Shown here piece after piece: positions 33,335 to 36,180 of a stretch of DNA of 36,180 bases; position 1 is the stretch's first letter; the number at the start of each line of letters is the position of its first letter. The DNA comes from a virus. The stretch lies in IMG/VR virus record IMGVR_UViG_3300032038_000319. One strand, written 5' to 3'. The notes beneath the pieces were generated by a model. The model was not told the origin of the DNA. It saw only the letters and a list, made by a program, of their open reading frames with translations, and did no database searches. A program made the translations under genes and the position numbers.

Positions 33335-34010
33335 AATTTCCCTCCAATACCTTGATAAAGTTTGACGGCTTCATTAACCAATCAAAACTTGCTTTGAAAG
33401 GTCTGCTTCCTTGATTGCTTACCTTGCCCGTAAGAAAGTCGCTTTTCTCTGCTTTTTGAAATACTGTGATGATATCATCAAAGCTGTATTCTTTGAGCCT
33501 TGCTTTGACAGTTGCTTTTCTTGATTTGTCAATGCTGATGATTTTAGGTAGGGAAATACAGATTTCACAGAATTTTTCTTTGACTTGGGTATATATATTC
33601 TCATCTATATTACTAACTATTTTACTATCTATATTACTTTCTTCACAATTTGTGAAGTCTGCCTTGCTTTTTTGTGTAGTCTGCCTTGCGCTTTTGTGTA
33701 GTCTGCCTTCACAATTTGTGAAGTCTGCCTTGCGCAAACTAACCTTACTTTTAAGCACTCTCTTGCGCCCGTCAAAGCTTTTAATATAGATATATCCTAA
33801 CTGTATCAGCTTTGAAATAGCCCTTGAAACGTTACCTTTACTGCACTTGCAAAATGCCGCTATATGTTCATTTGAAGCATAACACCCTGTTTCTTCATCG
33901 TCTAAGCTGTCAATCTCGGCAAGGATAACCTTATCTAATGCACTAAGGTTATCATCAAGCCATATCTCTTTGGGTATCCATATACCCTTGAATTGCCGTT
34001 CCTCTCCCAT
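33258..34010 (-). CDS. Replication initiator / replisome organiser (N-terminal wHTH, Phg_2220_C-like C-terminus)
   Basis: Track ORF, 250 aa. N-terminus is GIWIPKEIWLDDNLSALDKVILAEI...NVSRAISKLIQLGYI. C-terminus is VKARLKEYSFDDIITVFQKAEKSDFLTGK...FDWLMKPSNFIKVLEGNY. The central part carries the iterons. Confidence 0.7.
   Translation of the reverse strand: MGEERQFKGIWIPKEIWLDDNLSALDKVILAEIDSLDDEETGCYASNEHIAAFCKCSKGNVSRAISKLIQLGYIYIKSFDGRKRVLKSKVSLRKADFTNCEGRLHKSARQTTQKSKADFTNCEESNIDSKIVSNIDENIYTQVKEKFCEICISLPKIISIDKSRKATVKARLKEYSFDDIITVFQKAEKSDFLTGKVSNQGSRPFKASFDWLMKPSNFIKVLEGNYDNRNGLSDFGLVGADERYRGIQIV
33601..33733. repeat. Candidate origin of replication: four 22-bp-spaced iterons plus an adjacent AT-rich block, inside the initiator gene
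   Basis: The core GTG(A/T)AGTCTGCCTT occurs at 33652, 33674, 33696 and 33718. The outer two are part of a perfect 26-bp repeat (33642..33667 and 33708..33733). The AT-rich block 33601..33641 contains CTATATTACT twice. Confidence 0.65.
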
Positions 34011-34081
34011 TTCATCACTCCTCCCAAAAGCGGTCTATAATCCGGGAATATACGCCCACGTAAAAACACCTCGCTTTCAGT

Positions 34082-34540
34082 TCAGAAGGGAATCCCCGAA
34101 TCCGATATAACATCTTCATAGTCGGTATAGCCGTTCTGTGGTGCGCCCTGTGGCGTGTTGTAAGGTATTTGGGTGTTGCTATACCCCTGATTGTTACCAC
34201 CGCTAAAACCACCGTTATTTTCGTTTTTAGGCTCACCCGTGAATGATGTTCTTTCGACTATTACATCTGTGGTATATACTGTTTCTCCGTTTTTGTTCTG
34301 ATAGCTTCCCGTCTTGATGTTGCCCTCAATGGCTATCATTCTGCCCTTGCCGAAATATCTGCCGATAAACTCAGCTGTCTGCCCGAATGCAACACAGTTG
34401 ATAAAATCGGCTGACTTCTCGCCGTTCTTCTGCGGTCTGTCCACCGCCACCGAAAACCTAAGCACAGCCGTTCCGCTCTGTGATTGCCTGATTTCAAGGT
34501 CTTTTGTTATGCGCCCCATTATGATTACTCTGTTTAGCAT
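34082..34540 (-). CDS. ssb: Single-stranded DNA-binding protein
   Basis: Track ORF 34082..34609, trimmed to MLNRVIIMGRITKDLEIR.. at 34540. It has an OB-fold N-terminus, a Gly/Asn/Gln-rich linker and an acidic tail DSGIPF. Confidence 0.9.
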   Translation of the reverse strand: MLNRVIIMGRITKDLEIRQSQSGTAVLRFSVAVDRPQKNGEKSADFINCVAFGQTAEFIGRYFGKGRMIAIEGNIKTGSYQNKNGETVYTTDVIVERTSFTGEPKNENNGGFSGGNNQGYSNTQIPYNTPQGAPQNGYTDYEDVISDSGIPF

Positions 34541-34727
34541 ATTTAGATATCCTTTCTGATAATAATAAATAACTATCAATGTGCTGTTCTGCTTCTTTCT
34601 GCGTTTCAATCTTCTTTGTGCAAGCGGCGTGCATCTTAAATGTACCCTTATAAAAAATCATATAGTGATAATTCTCTGTAAGCTCTTGCACAAGTGTATA
34701 GCCTTTATATTCAAAGCTTTGTTGCAT
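34494..34727 (-). CDS. Hypothetical protein (77 aa)
   Basis: Track ORF. GGAGGTAAAA lies before the ATG at 34727. It overlaps the ssb start by 47 nt. Confidence 0.4.
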   Translation of the reverse strand: MQQSFEYKGYTLVQELTENYHYMIFYKGTFKMHAACTKKIETQKEAEQHIDSYLLLSERISKYAKQSNHNGAHNKRP

Positions 34728-34729
34728 TT

Positions 34730-34843
34730 TTACCTCCGATTTTTATTTTTCTCTCTTATCTCATAGCGTTTTCTTCTCGCCTGCCTCTTATTAAGTCCTT
34801 TAACAAGTATTCTACGGCTTATCGTCCTCTGTAAACTTGACAT
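34730..34843 (-). CDS. Possible small, highly basic protein (37 aa)
   Basis: Not in the track. ATG at 34843 follows AGAGGTGGTTAA. My translation is MSSLQRTISRRILVKGLNKRQARRKRYEIREKNKNRR*. Its stop lies within the RBS of the next ORF. Confidence 0.3.
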   Translation of the reverse strand: MSSLQRTISRRILVKGLNKRQARRKRYEIREKNKNRR

Positions 34844-34897
34844 TTAACCACCTCTTTCTTTGATTATTTCAAAACCTCACGCCGCAAAACTTTACCG

Positions 34898-35086
34898 TGC
34901 CTTTGCTGAACCATGCAATACTTTGCCACTGCAGAACAATACCAAACACAACTACGCCTACGCCCCACATTGCTAAATGATACATCACTTCGCAATACCA
35001 TGCCATGCCTTTGCTGAACTATACATCACTTCGCAATACCATGCCATGCCTTCGCGACACAGCACCTTGCTTGACTATGCCTTTGC
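34898..35086. repeat. Direct-repeat array in a ~230-bp non-coding spacer of the replication/recombination module
   Basis: A perfect 32-bp repeat atacatcacttcgcaataccatgccatgcctt occurs at 34980..35011 and 35021..35052, a 41-bp period. tgcctttgctgaac occurs at 34898..34911 and 35006..35019. A shorter tgcctttgc occurs at 35078..35086. Confidence 0.85.
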
Positions 35087-35087
35087 G

Positions 35088-35687
35088 TTAATTAAGGATT
35101 TCAAACGTAAATGCACCCTTGCCTGAATTTCTCCATTGACCCAAGCCGTGCCATTCACCATAAGCGAGCCATTCTTTTACAAGCTCCTCGTCATCATCAT
35201 TCATACAGTGTACTGTAAATGTTGCCGTAGCTCCTGCTGGGATTGTCTCAGAATTAGCAAGTGCAATTCTCTCACCCTGCGCTGTCTGACCTCTTAACGG
35301 TCTCTGACAGTTACCAATTTCGCCGTCAAACTCTATCGGTATCATTCTCGGCTTGACAAATACAAGTCCGTCAATTTCCTTTTTGTACGCCTTTATCTTT
35401 GAACTTAAACTGCCCTTAACCTTACGCAGAAAGCCACAGCTCTCTTTCATATGACCTCTTATCTGATAGTCATATATTATCGGCTTGCCCTCTGCATTTC
35501 TCGGGAATACTGTCATTGACTTCTCGACATATTCCTCAACGCCTATTGCAGCAACTTCTTCCTCTGTGCTCTTAGCATCAGGGGCTTTGCTTGCAATAAA
35601 TTCAGCGTGTACCTCGGGATTTGCGCTTGCAGTACCCAACAAATCCTCAATAAATGTGATTTTTACCTTGATTTCTTTCATTTTCAA
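35088..35687 (-). CDS. Early protein of unknown function (199 aa) with a C-terminal RAMP-like glycine-rich loop
   Basis: Track ORF. The C-terminus ...EWHGLGQWRNSGKGAFTFEILN fits G-h-G-x5-G-x-G followed by a beta strand. The N-terminus IKVKITFIEDLLG and the internal YQIRGHMKES are also RAMP-reminiscent. Similarity was judged by eye only. Confidence 0.6.
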   Translation of the reverse strand: MKMKEIKVKITFIEDLLGTASANPEVHAEFIASKAPDAKSTEEEVAAIGVEEYVEKSMTVFPRNAEGKPIIYDYQIRGHMKESCGFLRKVKGSLSSKIKAYKKEIDGLVFVKPRMIPIEFDGEIGNCQRPLRGQTAQGERIALANSETIPAGATATFTVHCMNDDDEELVKEWLAYGEWHGLGQWRNSGKGAFTFEILN

Positions 35688-35695
35688 AAACTCCT

Positions 35696-35975
35696 TTACA
35701 AATAATTTTTCCCGAACACCTCAATAAATTTTGAGATATCCCAGCCTTGTTCTTTCATCGCTTTCCTTTGTCCGTATTGATGTAATAATAGCATCGTATC
35801 AGCGTTTTGATGTACTGCGTAAGCTCCGCAACGATGACATCGCTCACCGCACAGCCAAACTGTCAAGCCGTATTTCTCCGACTTCCACCGATTAGCACCG
35901 CCGAAAATGTGACTAATGATGCCGCTCTAAGCGGTCTCCCTGTCCGTTCCTACCGCATAACCAGCAGCTTTTCAT
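35696..35975 (-). pseudogene. Small CxxC/HH zinc-binding phage protein gene interrupted by a frameshift (in-frame TAG after codon 20)
   Basis: ATG at 35975 gives MKSCWLCGRNGQGDRLERHH*. The +1 frame continues SHIFGGANRWKSEKYGLTVWLCGERCHRCGAYAVHQNADTMLLLHQYGQRKAMKEQGWDISKFIEVFGKNYL* to 35696. Removing 7 nt (CATTAGT) would restore LERHHIFGG. Confidence 0.5.
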
Positions 35976-35979
35976 ATAA

Positions 35980-36180
35980 TCACCCTCTTTCGGCTTTCCA
36001 TTCGCTTACAAGCCGTTCAATTTCTTCGGGATTTTCGGTTTCAACGCCGTATTCCTTGCAGTCCTGAATGATTAAATCTATCAGCTTTGCCATTTGCCGC
36101 CTGTCGAACGTGCTCGACCCGTACCACAAAAACACGTCTGTCCAGCCGTCATAGCCTGAATACGCCTTATCTGTAAGCCA
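35980..36180 (-). CDS. NinB/Orf-like recombination mediator, 3' part (36054..36180 duplicates 1..127)
   Basis: Same frame as 1..436 across the junction. It ends ...IIQDCKEYGVETENPEEIERLVSEWKAERG* with TGA at 35980..35982. Confidence 0.6.
   Translation of the reverse strand, partial: WLTDKAYSGYDGWTDVFLWYGSSTFDRRQMAKLIDLIIQDCKEYGVETENPEEIERLVSEWKAERG
36054..36180. repeat. Right copy of the 127-bp terminal direct repeat
   Basis: Identical to 1..127, read directly. Confidence 0.9.

Larger units (their letters stand above)
1..36180. mobile_element. Complete temperate phage genome (siphovirus-like, HK97-type head), circularly permuted; unique length 36,053 bp
   Basis: Full set of lysogeny, replication, packaging, head, tail and lysis modules is present. 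The 127-bp ends are identical, and an ORF is continuous across the junction. Confidence 0.9.

Noticed and set aside
34015-34236. 73-aa - strand ORF overlapping the 3' end of ssb
   Set aside because: It is an alternative frame of the SSB Gly/Asn/Gln-rich tail region. It has no RBS and an implausible composition.
34898-35086. CRISPR-like array
   Set aside because: There are only two long repeat copies, directly adjacent with a 9-bp gap rather than spacer-sized unique inserts. There are no cas genes and no leader.
35912-35916. In-frame TAG as evidence for stop-codon reassignment
   Set aside because: The conserved continuation of the protein is in the +1 frame, not the same frame. TAG also appears as a normal terminator elsewhere, for example in the regulator gene ending at 27171.

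Overview
The window is one complete, circularly permuted temperate siphovirus-type phage genome with an HK97-like head module. Strong GGAGG-type ribosome binding sites suggest a Firmicute-type host. Bases 1..127 are identical to 36054..36180, and a NinB-like ORF reads in frame through that junction. The repeat is therefore most likely an assembly overlap, giving a unique length of 36,053 bp. Only three genes lie on the + strand, forming the lysogeny module at 4229..6449: an XRE-type repressor, a TM2/Ada-like membrane protein and a large serine integrase. Everything else is on the - strand and tightly packed, often with ATGA/GTGA overlaps. Reading in the direction of transcription, the order begins with a divergent switch region (3985..4228), a Cro-like HTH and a Bro-N/KilAC antirepressor. 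Small early ORFs follow, including a 36-unit Gly-[Tyr/Asn/Asp] dipeptide-repeat ORF. Next is a recombination set of Gp157-like, HTH, ERF and NinB-like genes that wraps the junction. After it come a frameshifted Zn-ribbon gene, a 199-aa ORF with a RAMP-like Gly-rich loop and a 41-bp tandem-repeat spacer. The replication set is SSB, an initiator carrying four 22-bp iterons, a DnaC-like loader and RusA. Then come an AT-rich SNF2-helicase plus DNA-methyltransferase pair, small Cys-rich ORFs, a MazG-like ORF and a RinA/ArpU-like late regulator. A ~480-nt non-coding, hairpin-dense leader with its own promoter and an intrinsic terminator precedes the late genes. The packaging genes are an HTH terS-like ORF, an HNH/P-loop fusion, a small terminase candidate and terL. 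The portal follows, and a fibre/XkdX cassette is inserted between the portal and the prohead protease. The remainder is the major capsid, connectors, major tail, a G/GT chaperone with an AAAAAAC slip site, tape measure, Dit, Tal, fibres, holin, endolysin and a terminator near 6500. No rRNA, tRNA, CRISPR array, reverse transcriptase or transposase was seen. The items most worth follow-up are the structured late leader, the Gly-X repeat ORF, the RAMP-like early protein with its adjacent 41-bp repeats, and the fibre cassette inside the head module. All functional calls rest on motifs recognised by eye; no database search was possible.
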